Position numbers and translations under genes: made by a program. A stretch of 64,000 nucleotides of DNA from Candidatus Poribacteria bacterium. GTDB taxonomy: Bacteria > Poribacteria > WGA-4E > WGA-3G. The DNA is taken from positions 1,568,001 through 1,632,000 of the forward strand of contig CAXXLX010000001.1 of assembly GCA_963665235.2 (NCBI GenBank), given 5' to 3'. The notes beneath the pieces were generated by a model. It worked only from the letters and a program-made list of their open reading frames with translations, was not told the origin of the DNA and ran no database searches. Positions 8,822-19,037 of the stretch are shown piece by piece (the first letter of the stretch is position 1; the number at the start of each line of letters is the position of its first letter).

Positions 8822-11386
8822 CTATTTTCGTATTACCATTCGCCGTGTAGCTGTTACATCGTCTGCGGATAGTGTGTAGAAATACACCCCGCTTGCGACC
8901 GGTTCACCCCGTTCATTTTTTCCATCCCAATAGGCAGCACGGTTTTGATTTTGATAAATACCGGCAGGCTGATGCCCTAACTTTAGCACTCGAACCAAGT
9001 GCCCCGTGGCAGAATGGATTCGAAGTGTCACCTCGGCGGCGTTTGCCAACTGATAAGGTATCCACGTCTCCGGGTTGAACGGGTTCGGATAGTTCGGAAG
9101 CAGCACAGTCTTTTTGGGTGTTAATATTGCGAAAAGTTGTTGTAAGAAATGGATACCCCGTTGCTCCGTTGGCTCGGTAAGTGGAAGCTGCTGTGCTTGT
9201 GCAAGCCACTGCTGCAACGCTTTTGCGGTAAGCGTAGGCGGTACCTTTTGATACACAGATGGTGCTGCGGCTGCATCGGCAAGTGCTGCTGCAACCTGGA
9301 TAAGGTCTGCAATGTTGACAACGCCATCCCCGTTGACATCGGCAGGATTTGGACCTGTCTGTCCGAAGTTTGCAGCGACGATGACTAAATCGTACACGTC
9401 TTCGACACCATCCCTGTTTACATCCGCTTCAAGTGGAATCAACTGTTCGGGTGGCATTTGTCCGGGGTTGACTATGAAAGGAAAATCCCATAAAAGTATT
9501 GTCCCATCCCAACTACTAGTAGCGAAGGTTTTTCCATCCGGACTGAACACAAGACTATCAATCCCATTTGGCATGCCCATGAGGGTTGATTTACTTTCGC
9601 CACTTATTGCATCCCAAATTTGCACCGTTCCGTCCCTTCCAGCAGTTATGAGTGTCTGCCCATCTGGACTAAACGCAAGCTCGATGTAGTAACTAGTCTG
9701 CTCAATAGGGATTATTTTTCTGTCGCTACTATTAATACTCCACAAATAGAGTTCTCTGTTTTTCCATACAATAGCAATGGTATTTCCATCCGGACTAAAC
9801 GCAATATTGCTGATTCTGCTTCTGTACGCGGGTGCATGGAATGTCGCTATGGCCTGTCTACTTTCAATATCCCACAAACGTATTTCTGAATCGATGCCAA
9901 TTGCAAGTTTCTGCCAATCCGGACTGAAAGTAACAGTTAAATAGCCTTGCCTACGTTCATCTTCAGGGATTGTCCATATAAGATTACCGGTAGCAACGTC
10001 CCAAAAAATTACCTTTCTAGTGGACTTAGCCAAAATTCGTCCATCTGGACTAAAGGTAACATTACCACCAGAGGTTTTGTCTCCGAAAAGCGTTGCCTTA
10101 TGTTTGCCCGAGGCAGCGTCCCATAACCTTACTGTGTGGTCAACGGCGAACCAGCCAGTGCCAGAAATCAAGGTGCCACTACTGGCTATAGTGTGTCCAT
10201 CTGAACTAAAGTCTACAGACCCAACAGGCGTTGGATGTCCCCGGAGGGTTCTTGTGTTTTTACCTGTTGTAGTATCCCAGAGCCGCAGCGTTTTATCCTG
10301 CCCTGCGCTTACAATTGTCTGTCCAGTCGGACTGAAGGCGATATCAGAGAATCCGCTGGTATGTCCTGTTATTGTTATTTTTTGCTGTAGGCTCTCTGTA
10401 TCCCATAAAATGATTGTGCTGTCCCAGCTTGCGGTAGCCAGCGTAGTTCCATCCGGACTGAACGCCACACTTGCGATTGCATCCGTATGCGCTATGAGGG
10501 CCGTTTTATAGCTGCCCGTAGCAACGTCCCATAGACACACCGTGCCATCCATGCTGCTACTTGCGAGGGTGCGGCTATCTGGACTGAAGTCGACACTTGT
10601 GGTCCCACCCATGTGCCCTATAAGGGGAGCTTTAGGTGTGCCGGTAGCAACATCCCATAGAAACAATTGCTTTCCCCACCAACCTTCACACGCTGCGAGG
10701 GTTTTCCCATCCGGACTGAAGGCAATATTCCTGACACCCCGGAGGCCGAACTCATCCTTTGTTGTAAGAGTGGCTTTGAGTTCCTCCGTGGCAACATCCC
10801 ACAATTCTATCGTATTTTCTTCATCATAACCCCCGCTCGCGAGGGTTTTCCCATCCGGACTGAAGGCGATACTCCTAATATCATCTGTATGTCCCCTAAA
10901 CGTGGTCTTCAGTGCTCCCGTGGCAACGTCCCAAAGCTTCACTGTTGGCCCCTCGTAGTCACCCGCAGTCGCGAGGATTTTCCCATCCGGACTGAAGGCA
11001 ACATCTGAGATTTCATTCGAGTGTGCTGCCACTACGATTTTGCGTTCACCTGTAGCAACGTCCCATATATAAAATTCTGATCCACTGCTACTTGCGAGGG
11101 TTTTCCCATCCGGACTGAAGTCGACACTTGAAACATATCCTGTATGATTGGTGAGCAGATTGCGCTCTTTCCCCGTGCGTGCATCGTAAAGCCAAACCCC
11201 TATAGAACTTGGCACAGCGAGCAGGGAAGTATATCGTGAAAAGATTATATTCTCATAGACTATTCCCTTCCCAAGGCGCATTTTGGCACCCGGGGGCAAA
11301 CCCCATCGTTCGCTTGAAAAGGCTGGTGGTAAAAAGCATGTTGCTATAAAAAGTAATGTTAAAATAGTAAATCGCACCGTTTTCAT
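8822..11386 (-). CDS. Secreted WD40/dockerin/FlgD-Ig protein, subfamily A (A2)
   Basis: Close paralog of 6249-8810 with the same architecture. Confidence 0.9.
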   Translation of the reverse strand: MKTVRFTILTLLFIATCFLPPAFSSERWGLPPGAKMRLGKGIVYENIIFSRYTSLLAVPSSIGVWLYDARTGKERNLLTNHTGYVSSVDFSPDGKTLASSSGSEFYIWDVATGERKIVVAAHSNEISDVAFSPDGKILATAGDYEGPTVKLWDVATGALKTTFRGHTDDIRSIAFSPDGKTLASGGYDEENTIELWDVATEELKATLTTKDEFGLRGVRNIAFSPDGKTLAACEGWWGKQLFLWDVATGTPKAPLIGHMGGTTSVDFSPDSRTLASSSMDGTVCLWDVATGSYKTALIAHTDAIASVAFSPDGTTLATASWDSTIILWDTESLQQKITITGHTSGFSDIAFSPTGQTIVSAGQDKTLRLWDTTTGKNTRTLRGHPTPVGSVDFSSDGHTIASSGTLISGTGWFAVDHTVRLWDAASGKHKATLFGDKTSGGNVTFSPDGRILAKSTRKVIFWDVATGNLIWTIPEDERRQGYLTVTFSPDWQKLAIGIDSEIRLWDIESRQAIATFHAPAYRSRISNIAFSPDGNTIAIVWKNRELYLWSINSSDRKIIPIEQTSYYIELAFSPDGQTLITAGRDGTVQIWDAISGESKSTLMGMPNGIDSLVFSPDGKTFATSSWDGTILLWDFPFIVNPGQMPPEQLIPLEADVNRDGVEDVYDLVIVAANFGQTGPNPADVNGDGVVNIADLIQVAAALADAAAAPSVYQKVPPTLTAKALQQWLAQAQQLPLTEPTEQRGIHFLQQLFAILTPKKTVLLPNYPNPFNPETWIPYQLANAAEVTLRIHSATGHLVRVLKLGHQPAGIYQNQNRAAYWDGKNERGEPVASGVYFYTLSADDVTATRRMVIRK

Positions 11387-11396
11387 CCTATACCTC

Positions 11397-13916
11397 CTAT
11401 TTTCGTATTACCATTCGCCGTGTAGCTGTTACATCGTCTGCGGAGAGTGTGTAGAAATACACCCCGCTAGCGACCGGTTCACCGCGCTCATTTTTTCCAT
11501 CCCAATAGGCGGCACGGCTTTGATGTTGATAAATACCGGCAGGCTGATGCCCTAACTTTAGCACTCGAACCAAGTGCCCCGTGGCAGAATAGATTCGAAG
11601 TGTCACCTCGGCGGAGTTTGCTAACTGATAAGGTATCCACGTCTCCGGGTTGAACGGGTTCGGGTAGTTGGGGAGCAGCACAGTCTTTTCAGGAATTAAT
11701 ACAGTCAAAAGTTGCTCAAGCCTTGCAATTCCTTTCTGTAAAGTAGGGGTGTTGCTGCTAACTTGCCGCGCTTGGCTTAACCAATCTCGCACCTCCGCAG
11801 CGGTAAGCAGGTCTATAGGGTGTGAACGGCTTGAGGGTGCGCTGCTTCCGTTTTCGAGTGCAGCGGCAACTAATAAAATATCCTCTATGTTGACGATGCC
11901 ATCTGCGTTCACATCGGCATCACTTTCCTGTTCAGACTGCCCGAGTTGGGAGGCTACAAAGATTAGATCTTGAAGGTCTACGACACCATCACGATTCACA
12001 TCCTCAGCGTGTTGGACAGGGGCAACGGGACCGTCTGAAAAAGTGGTGGCATCCCACAAAAGCACCGTCCCATCCGAACTTCCACTTGCAAGCGTTTTTC
12101 CATCCGGACTAAAGACGATATTGCGAACACTATACCTATGCCCTGTGCGGGTAAGTTTCAGGTCGCCAGTCGCAACATCCCAAAATCGCAGTGAGGTGTC
12201 GTCATAGCCTGCCCCGCTACTAACGAGCGTTCTACCATCAATACTGAAGTCGAGACTATTTATCCCATCGGTATATCCTGTATGGATAACACGCGATTCA
12301 TCGGTGGCAACATTCCATAGAATAATCGTATTGTCCTTACTACCACTTGCAACTATGCTAGCATCCGGATTAAATGCAACGTCATATACACGGTCTGTAT
12401 GCCCAGTGAAAAGCCCTATCTGGTTGCCAGACGCAAAATCCCACAAACGGACTGTCCTATCGTGACTTCCACTCACAAGGATACGGCTATCCTGACTGAG
12501 GTCAATTGAAGTAACCCCTGCCGTATGTCCAGTAAATGCCGCTACCTGGGTGCGCCCCAAACGCCATATATGCACTGCTGTACTGGTATCGCTCGCCCCC
12601 GCGAGAAATTGACCATCTGGACTGAAGACAACCTCGCTAAATCCCCAACTCTCGGTTAACCTGTCTCCACCATACCCTTCGAGTGCTGCAATGTACGTGC
12701 CACGGCTCACATCCCAAAGAAATACCACTGAATATGAATAACAAGCGAGGGTGTTTCCATCCGGACTGAAAGCTAAGCTACGATTAAATGACCAATCCCT
12801 CAAATATATGCCTGTTTTGTATTCGGCTGTAGCAGGGGCCCATAGATGGATTTCTTCCCTACCTCCAGTAGCAAGTGTTTTTCCATCCGGGCTGAAGGCG
12901 ATTGCTGCAACTCCGATCGTATGACCCGAAATAGACAGCTTGCGTGTACGGCTTTTAACGTCCCACAGAAATAACCCGCTTCCGCCACCGCTTGCGAGAG
13001 TAGTGCCATCCGGGCTGAAAGCGATACCGCTAACTCCCCAGGGATGCCCGCTAAGTTCGGCTATATGCGTCCCATCAGCAGCGTTCCAAAGATGCAAATC
13101 TCCCCTACCGCCAGCAATCGTGTTGCCATCCGGACTGAGCGCAATGCGATATATATTTGAACCTGTCCTGAATTTTTGCTGTTTCCTAGTCTCAATATCC
13201 CATAGGTTGATAGTGTTCCCGTCCACAGCTATAAGTTTGCTACTATCCTGGCTGAAAAGTAGACGATCATATCCGCGCGCGTACTCGGATAAAGTGGTTT
13301 TGTGTGTAGCCGTCGCAACATCCCACAAGCGTAACGTGTTATCGTAACTCCGACTCGCAAGTGTGGTGCCATCAGGACTAAATGCAATTGCGTCCACAGA
13401 TTTAGTATGGCCGGTGAACGTAGCTCTTTGCTCGCCAGTGGTAAGTGACCAAAGCTGAATCTCTTCTCCGACACCGTAGGCAAACATCTTACTATCTGCA
13501 CTAAAGGTGCTCCTATCTGCCCAGAAGACGACCCTACGAATATCCTCCGCATCCGCTTTTAGTGTTGCTTTCACGCTGTTAGTTGTGAGGTCGCGCACCC
13601 GCACTATATCGTCCGCGTCCAAACTAACATACGTCTGAGCATCCGGGCTCACCCCGATAAAAGTTGACGGACCTAATGCGATAAAATCCAATTCCACACC
13701 CGTGTGTGTATCATAAATCCATAAACCTATAGAACTTTGAACAATCAGCCGGTTGCCATCATGGGAAAACATTAAATTCCCTACAGACCCCTTACCAAGT
13801 CGTGCTACTGCCCCTTCAGGTAAATCCCACCGTGTATAATCTTCCGCAAAAACGTTTGCTAGAAAAAGAGGGAAAACCAATAGTAATGCTAAAATCGACA
13901 GTTTTATATTTTTCAT
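11397..13916 (-). CDS. Secreted WD40/dockerin/FlgD-Ig protein, subfamily B (B1)
   Basis: MKNIKL signal peptide, EDYTRWDLPEGA, WD40 repeats, EDVNRDGVVD, PNYPNPFNPETW. Confidence 0.9.
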   Translation of the reverse strand: MKNIKLSILALLLVFPLFLANVFAEDYTRWDLPEGAVARLGKGSVGNLMFSHDGNRLIVQSSIGLWIYDTHTGVELDFIALGPSTFIGVSPDAQTYVSLDADDIVRVRDLTTNSVKATLKADAEDIRRVVFWADRSTFSADSKMFAYGVGEEIQLWSLTTGEQRATFTGHTKSVDAIAFSPDGTTLASRSYDNTLRLWDVATATHKTTLSEYARGYDRLLFSQDSSKLIAVDGNTINLWDIETRKQQKFRTGSNIYRIALSPDGNTIAGGRGDLHLWNAADGTHIAELSGHPWGVSGIAFSPDGTTLASGGGSGLFLWDVKSRTRKLSISGHTIGVAAIAFSPDGKTLATGGREEIHLWAPATAEYKTGIYLRDWSFNRSLAFSPDGNTLACYSYSVVFLWDVSRGTYIAALEGYGGDRLTESWGFSEVVFSPDGQFLAGASDTSTAVHIWRLGRTQVAAFTGHTAGVTSIDLSQDSRILVSGSHDRTVRLWDFASGNQIGLFTGHTDRVYDVAFNPDASIVASGSKDNTIILWNVATDESRVIHTGYTDGINSLDFSIDGRTLVSSGAGYDDTSLRFWDVATGDLKLTRTGHRYSVRNIVFSPDGKTLASGSSDGTVLLWDATTFSDGPVAPVQHAEDVNRDGVVDLQDLIFVASQLGQSEQESDADVNADGIVNIEDILLVAAALENGSSAPSSRSHPIDLLTAAEVRDWLSQARQVSSNTPTLQKGIARLEQLLTVLIPEKTVLLPNYPNPFNPETWIPYQLANSAEVTLRIYSATGHLVRVLKLGHQPAGIYQHQSRAAYWDGKNERGEPVASGVYFYTLSADDVTATRRMVIRK

Positions 13917-13927
13917 AAGTGCCTCTC

Positions 13928-16453
13928 CTATTTTCGTATTACCATTCGCCGTGTAGCTGTTACATCGTCTGCGGAGAGTGTGTAGAAATACACCCCGCTA
14001 GCGACCGGTTCACCGCGCTCATTTTTCCCATCCCAATAGGCGGCACGGCTCTGATGTTGATAAATCCCGGCAGGCTGATGCCCTAACTTTAGCACTCGAA
14101 CCAAGTGTCCCGTGGCAGAGTAGATTCGAAGTGTCACCTCGGCGGCGTTTGCCAACTGATACGGTATCCACGTCTCCGGGTTGAACGGGTTCGGGTAGTT
14201 GGGGAGCAGCACGGTCTTTTTAGGCATTAATACGGTCAAAAGGTGTTCAAGCCTTGCAATCCCTTTCTGTAAAGTAGGGGTGTTGCTGCTAACTTGCCGC
14301 GCGTGGCTTAACCAGTCTTGCACCTCTGCAGCGGTAAGCAGGTCTATAGGGTGTGAACGGCTTGAGGGTGCGCTGCTTCCGTTTTCGAGTGCAGCGGCAA
14401 CTAATAAAATATCCTCTATGTTGACGATGCCATCTGCGTTCACGTCGGCATCACTCTCGCGTTCAGACTGCCCGAGTTGGGAGGCAACAAAGATTAGATC
14501 TTGAAGGTCTACGACACCATCACGATTCACATCCTCAGCGTGTTGGACAGGGGCAACGGTCCCGTCTGAAAAAGTGGTGGCATCCCACAAAAGCACCGTC
14601 CCATCCCAACTTCCGCTAGCAAGTGTTTTTCCGTCAGGACTAAAGACGATATTGCGAACGCTAGACCTATGTCCTATGCGGGTAAGTTTCAGGTCGCCAG
14701 TCGCAACATCCCAAAATCGCAGTGAGGTGTCTTCATAGTCTCTTCCGCTACTAACGAGTGTTCTACCGTCAACACTAAAGTCGAGTCTATCTACCCCATC
14801 AGTATGTCCTGTATGGATAACACGTGATTCATCAGTGGCAACATTCCATAGAATAATCGTATTGTCCGCACCACCGCTTGCAACTATGCTAGCATCTGGA
14901 TTAAATGCAACGTCATGGACGCTGTCTGTATGCCCAGTGAAACGGCCTATCTCGGTGGCGGCCACAACATCCCACAACCGCACTGTCCTATCGTGACTTC
15001 CACTCACAAGGATACGGCTATCGTGACTGAAGTCAACTGAAGTAACGCCCTCCGTATGTCCAGCAAATGCGCCTATGTAGATACGACCCGAATGCCATAT
15101 ATGCACCGTTGTATCGAAATCATTTACACTCACAAAAAATTGACCATTTGGACTGAAGGCAATTGAGCTAAGCCCCTTTCCAATGTCCGACCTGTTTCCG
15201 CCACGTATTTCGAGCGCAGTAATGTATGTGCTACTGCTCACATTCCAAAGAAATATCTCTAAGTATGACTGACACGCCAGGATGTTTCCATCCGGACTGA
15301 AAGCTAAACTACTATTATCTGACCAATCCCTCAAATATATTCCTGCTTTGTATTCGGCTGTAGCAGGAGCCCATAGATGGATTTCCTCCCGACTTCCAGT
15401 GGCAAGTGTTTTTCCATCCGGGCTGAAGGCGATTGCTGCAACGCCAATTGTATGACCCGAAATAGACAGCTTGCGTGTACGGCTTTTAACGTCCCACAGA
15501 AATAACCCGCTTCTGCCACCGCTTGCGAGGGTAGTGCTATCCGGGCTGAAAGCGATACCGCTAACTCCCCATAGATGCCCGCTAAGTTCGGCTATATGCG
15601 TACCATCAGCAGCGTTCCAAAGATGCAAATCTCCCCTACTGCCAGCAATCGTGTTGCCATCCGGACTGAGCGCAATGCGATATATATTTGAACCTGTCCT
15701 GAATTTTTGCTGTTTCCTAATCTTAGTCTCAATATCCCACGAGACGATAGTGTTACTGTCCACAGCTATAAGTTTGCTACTATCCTGGCTGAAAAGTAGA
15801 TGATCATATCCGCGCGCGTATTCGGATAAAGTGGTTTTGTGTGTAGCCGTCGCAACATCCCACAAGCGTAACGTTTTATCGTAACCCCAACTCGCAAGTG
15901 TAGTGTTGTCAGGACTAAACGCAATTGTGTCCACAGAGTCCGTATGGCCGGTGAACGTAGCTCTTTGCTCGCCAGTGGTAAGTGACCAAAGCTGAATCTC
16001 TTTCCCGACACCGCAGGCAAACATCTTACTATCCGTGCTGAAGGCGACCCTATCTGCCCAGGAGACGACCCTACGAATATCATTCGCATCCGCTTTTAGT
16101 GTTGCTTTCACGGTGTTAGTTGTGAGGTCGCGCACCCGCACTATATCGTCCGCGTCCAAACTAACATACGTCTGAGCATCCGGGCTCACCCTGATAAAAG
16201 TTGACGTATCTAATGCGATAAAATCTAATTCCACACCCGTGTGTGTGTCATAAATCCATAAACCTATAGAACTTTGAACAATCAGCTGGTTGCCATCATG
16301 GGAAAACATTAAATTCCCTACAGACCCTTTACCAAGACGTGATATTGCCCCTTCAGGTAAATCCCATCGTGTATAATCTTCGGCAAAAACGCTCGAGAGA
16401 AAAAGTGGGAAAACCAGCAGTAATGCTAAAAGCAACAGTTTTATATTTTTCAT
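13928..16453 (-). CDS. Secreted WD40/dockerin/FlgD-Ig protein, subfamily B (B2)
   Basis: Close paralog of 11397-13916. Confidence 0.9.
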   Translation of the reverse strand: MKNIKLLLLALLLVFPLFLSSVFAEDYTRWDLPEGAISRLGKGSVGNLMFSHDGNQLIVQSSIGLWIYDTHTGVELDFIALDTSTFIRVSPDAQTYVSLDADDIVRVRDLTTNTVKATLKADANDIRRVVSWADRVAFSTDSKMFACGVGKEIQLWSLTTGEQRATFTGHTDSVDTIAFSPDNTTLASWGYDKTLRLWDVATATHKTTLSEYARGYDHLLFSQDSSKLIAVDSNTIVSWDIETKIRKQQKFRTGSNIYRIALSPDGNTIAGSRGDLHLWNAADGTHIAELSGHLWGVSGIAFSPDSTTLASGGRSGLFLWDVKSRTRKLSISGHTIGVAAIAFSPDGKTLATGSREEIHLWAPATAEYKAGIYLRDWSDNSSLAFSPDGNILACQSYLEIFLWNVSSSTYITALEIRGGNRSDIGKGLSSIAFSPNGQFFVSVNDFDTTVHIWHSGRIYIGAFAGHTEGVTSVDFSHDSRILVSGSHDRTVRLWDVVAATEIGRFTGHTDSVHDVAFNPDASIVASGGADNTIILWNVATDESRVIHTGHTDGVDRLDFSVDGRTLVSSGRDYEDTSLRFWDVATGDLKLTRIGHRSSVRNIVFSPDGKTLASGSWDGTVLLWDATTFSDGTVAPVQHAEDVNRDGVVDLQDLIFVASQLGQSERESDADVNADGIVNIEDILLVAAALENGSSAPSSRSHPIDLLTAAEVQDWLSHARQVSSNTPTLQKGIARLEHLLTVLMPKKTVLLPNYPNPFNPETWIPYQLANAAEVTLRIYSATGHLVRVLKLGHQPAGIYQHQSRAAYWDGKNERGEPVASGVYFYTLSADDVTATRRMVIRK

Positions 16454-16464
16454 AATCTCCTCTC

Positions 16465-19026
16465 CTATTTTCGTATTACCATTCGCCGTGTAGCTGTTAC
16501 ATCGTCTGCGGAGAGTGTGTAGAAATACACCCCGCTTGCGACCGGTTCACCGCGCTCATTTTTTCCATCCCAATACGCTGCACGATTCCGACTGTGATAA
16601 AGCCCCGCAGCCTGATTGCCTAAGACTAACTGCCGAACCAATGTCCCATCCGCAGTATGTATAGATATACGGACATCCGCATCCGCTGACAACTGATACG
16701 GTATCCACGTCTCCGGGTTGAACGGGTTCGGGTAGTTTGGCAAAAGCACAGTCTTTTTGGGTGTTAATATTACGAAAAGTTGTTGTAAGAAATGGATACC
16801 CCGTTGCTCCGTTGGCTCGGTAAGGGACAGCTGCTGTGCTTGTGCAAGCCATTGCTGCACCGCTTTTGCGGTAAGCGTAGGCGGTACCTTTTGATACACG
16901 GAGGGTGCTGCGGCTGCATCAGCGAGTGCTGCTGCGACTTTGATAAGGTCTGCAATGTTGACAACGCCATCCCCATTGACATCGGCAGGATTTGGGCCTG
17001 TCTGTCCGAGGCTTGCAGCGACGATGACTAAATCGTACACGTCTTCGACACCATCCCTGTTTACATCCGCTTCAAGTGGAATCAACTGTTCGGGTGGCAT
17101 TTGTCCGGGGTTGATTATGGAAGGCAAATCCCATAAAAGTATTGTCCCATACCAATTACTAGTAGCGAAGGTTTTTCCATCCGGACTGAACTCAAGACTT
17201 GTAATTTCATGTGGCATGTCTATGAGCGTTGATTTGTTTTCGCCACTTACTGCATCCCAAACTTGCAATGTTCCGTTACTGCCAGCAGTTATGAGCGTCT
17301 GTCCATCCGGACTAAACGCAAGCTCGATATATCTACTTGTATCTTCGGTGAGGATTATCTTTCTGTCGCTACTATTAATACTCCACAAATAGAGTTCTTT
17401 ATTGTTCCAGGCAGTAGCGAGGGTGTTTCCATCCCGACTAAACGCAATATTGCTGATTCTGTACGCGGGTCCACGGTATGTCGCTATGGCCTGTCTACTT
17501 TCAATATCCCACAAACGTATTTCTGAATCGATGCCGGTTGCAAGTTTCTGTCCAGCCGGACTGAAAGTAACAGTTAAACGCCCTTGACTACGCTCATCTT
17601 CAGCGATTGTCCATATAGGATTACCTGTCGCAACATCCCAAAAAATTGCCTTTTCGCGAGCGCGTGTAGCCAGAATTCGTCCATCGGGACTAAAGGTAAC
17701 ATGACCGACAGGGTGTGTGTGTCCGAAAAGCGTTGTTTTATGTGTGCCGGAGACAGCGTCCCATAACCTTACTGTGTGGTCAGCGGCGAACCAGCGGTCG
17801 ACAGAAATTACGTCACCGCTACTAGCTATAGTGCGTCCATCCGGACTAAAGTCTACAGACCCAACAAGCGTTGGATGTCCTAGGAGGGTACTTGTGTTTT
17901 TGCCTGTTGCAGTATCCCAGAGCCGCAACGTTTTATCCTGCCCTGCGCTTACAATTGTCTGTCCAGTCGGACTGAAGGCGATATCATGGAATCCGCTGGT
18001 ATGTCCTGTTATTGTTATTTTTTGCTGTAGGCTCTCTGTATCCCATAAAATGATTGTGCTGTCCCAGCTTGCGGTAGCCAGCGTAGTTCCATCCGGACTG
18101 AAGGCGACACTTGCGACTGTATCCGTATGCGCTATGAGGGTCGTTTTGTAGCTGCCCGTAGCAACGTCCCATAGACACGCCGTGCCATCCATGCTGCTAC
18201 TTGCAAGGGTGCGGCTATCTGAACTGAAGGCGATACTTGTGAAACTATCCATGTGCCCTATAAGGGGAGGTTTACGTGTGCCAGTAGCGACATCCCATAG
18301 ATGCGCTCGGCTTTGCCACCCATCTTCATGCGCTGCGAGAGTTTTTCCATCCGGACTGAAGGTAACATTCTCGGCACCCCAGAGACCAATCTGACTCCCC
18401 GTTGTGAAAGTGGTTTTGAGTTCACCCGTGGCAACATCCCATAACTTTATCGTGTTCTCTTCATCATCCCCCCCGCTCGCGAGGGTTTTCCCATCCGGAC
18501 TGAACGCTATACTCCTAATATCATTTGTATGTCCCATAAATGTGGTTTTCAGTGCCCCGGTTGCAACGTCCCAAAGCTTCACCGTTGCATCTTCGTATTC
18601 ACCCGCCGTAGCGAGGGTTTTCCCATCCGGACTGAACGCGACATCTGAGATGTAGTCCAAGTGTGCTGATACTACGAGTTTGCGTTCGCCTGTGGCAACG
18701 TCCCATATATAAAATTCTGCTCCGCTGCTACTTGCGAGGGTTCTCCCATCCGGACTGAAGTCTACGCTTGAAACATACCCTCTATGATTGGTGAGCAGAT
18801 TGCGTTCTTTCCCCGTGCGTACATCGTAAAGCCAAACCCCTATAGAACTTGGAACGGCGAGCAGCGAGGTATAGCGTGAAAAGATTATATTGCCAGAGAT
18901 TCTTCCCTTCCCGAGTCGCATTTTGGCTCCCGCGGGCAAACCCCATCGTTCGCTTGCAAATGCTGGTGGTAAAAAGCATGTTGCTATAAGAAGTAGTGTT
19001 AAAATGGTAAATCGTATCGTTTTCAT
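16465..19026 (-). CDS. Secreted WD40/dockerin/FlgD-Ig protein, subfamily A (A3)
   Basis: Close paralog of A1/A2. Confidence 0.9.
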   Translation of the reverse strand: MKTIRFTILTLLLIATCFLPPAFASERWGLPAGAKMRLGKGRISGNIIFSRYTSLLAVPSSIGVWLYDVRTGKERNLLTNHRGYVSSVDFSPDGRTLASSSGAEFYIWDVATGERKLVVSAHLDYISDVAFSPDGKTLATAGEYEDATVKLWDVATGALKTTFMGHTNDIRSIAFSPDGKTLASGGDDEENTIKLWDVATGELKTTFTTGSQIGLWGAENVTFSPDGKTLAAHEDGWQSRAHLWDVATGTRKPPLIGHMDSFTSIAFSSDSRTLASSSMDGTACLWDVATGSYKTTLIAHTDTVASVAFSPDGTTLATASWDSTIILWDTESLQQKITITGHTSGFHDIAFSPTGQTIVSAGQDKTLRLWDTATGKNTSTLLGHPTLVGSVDFSPDGRTIASSGDVISVDRWFAADHTVRLWDAVSGTHKTTLFGHTHPVGHVTFSPDGRILATRAREKAIFWDVATGNPIWTIAEDERSQGRLTVTFSPAGQKLATGIDSEIRLWDIESRQAIATYRGPAYRISNIAFSRDGNTLATAWNNKELYLWSINSSDRKIILTEDTSRYIELAFSPDGQTLITAGSNGTLQVWDAVSGENKSTLIDMPHEITSLEFSPDGKTFATSNWYGTILLWDLPSIINPGQMPPEQLIPLEADVNRDGVEDVYDLVIVAASLGQTGPNPADVNGDGVVNIADLIKVAAALADAAAAPSVYQKVPPTLTAKAVQQWLAQAQQLSLTEPTEQRGIHFLQQLFVILTPKKTVLLPNYPNPFNPETWIPYQLSADADVRISIHTADGTLVRQLVLGNQAAGLYHSRNRAAYWDGKNERGEPVASGVYFYTLSADDVTATRRMVIRK

Positions 19027-19037
19027 AATCTCCTCTC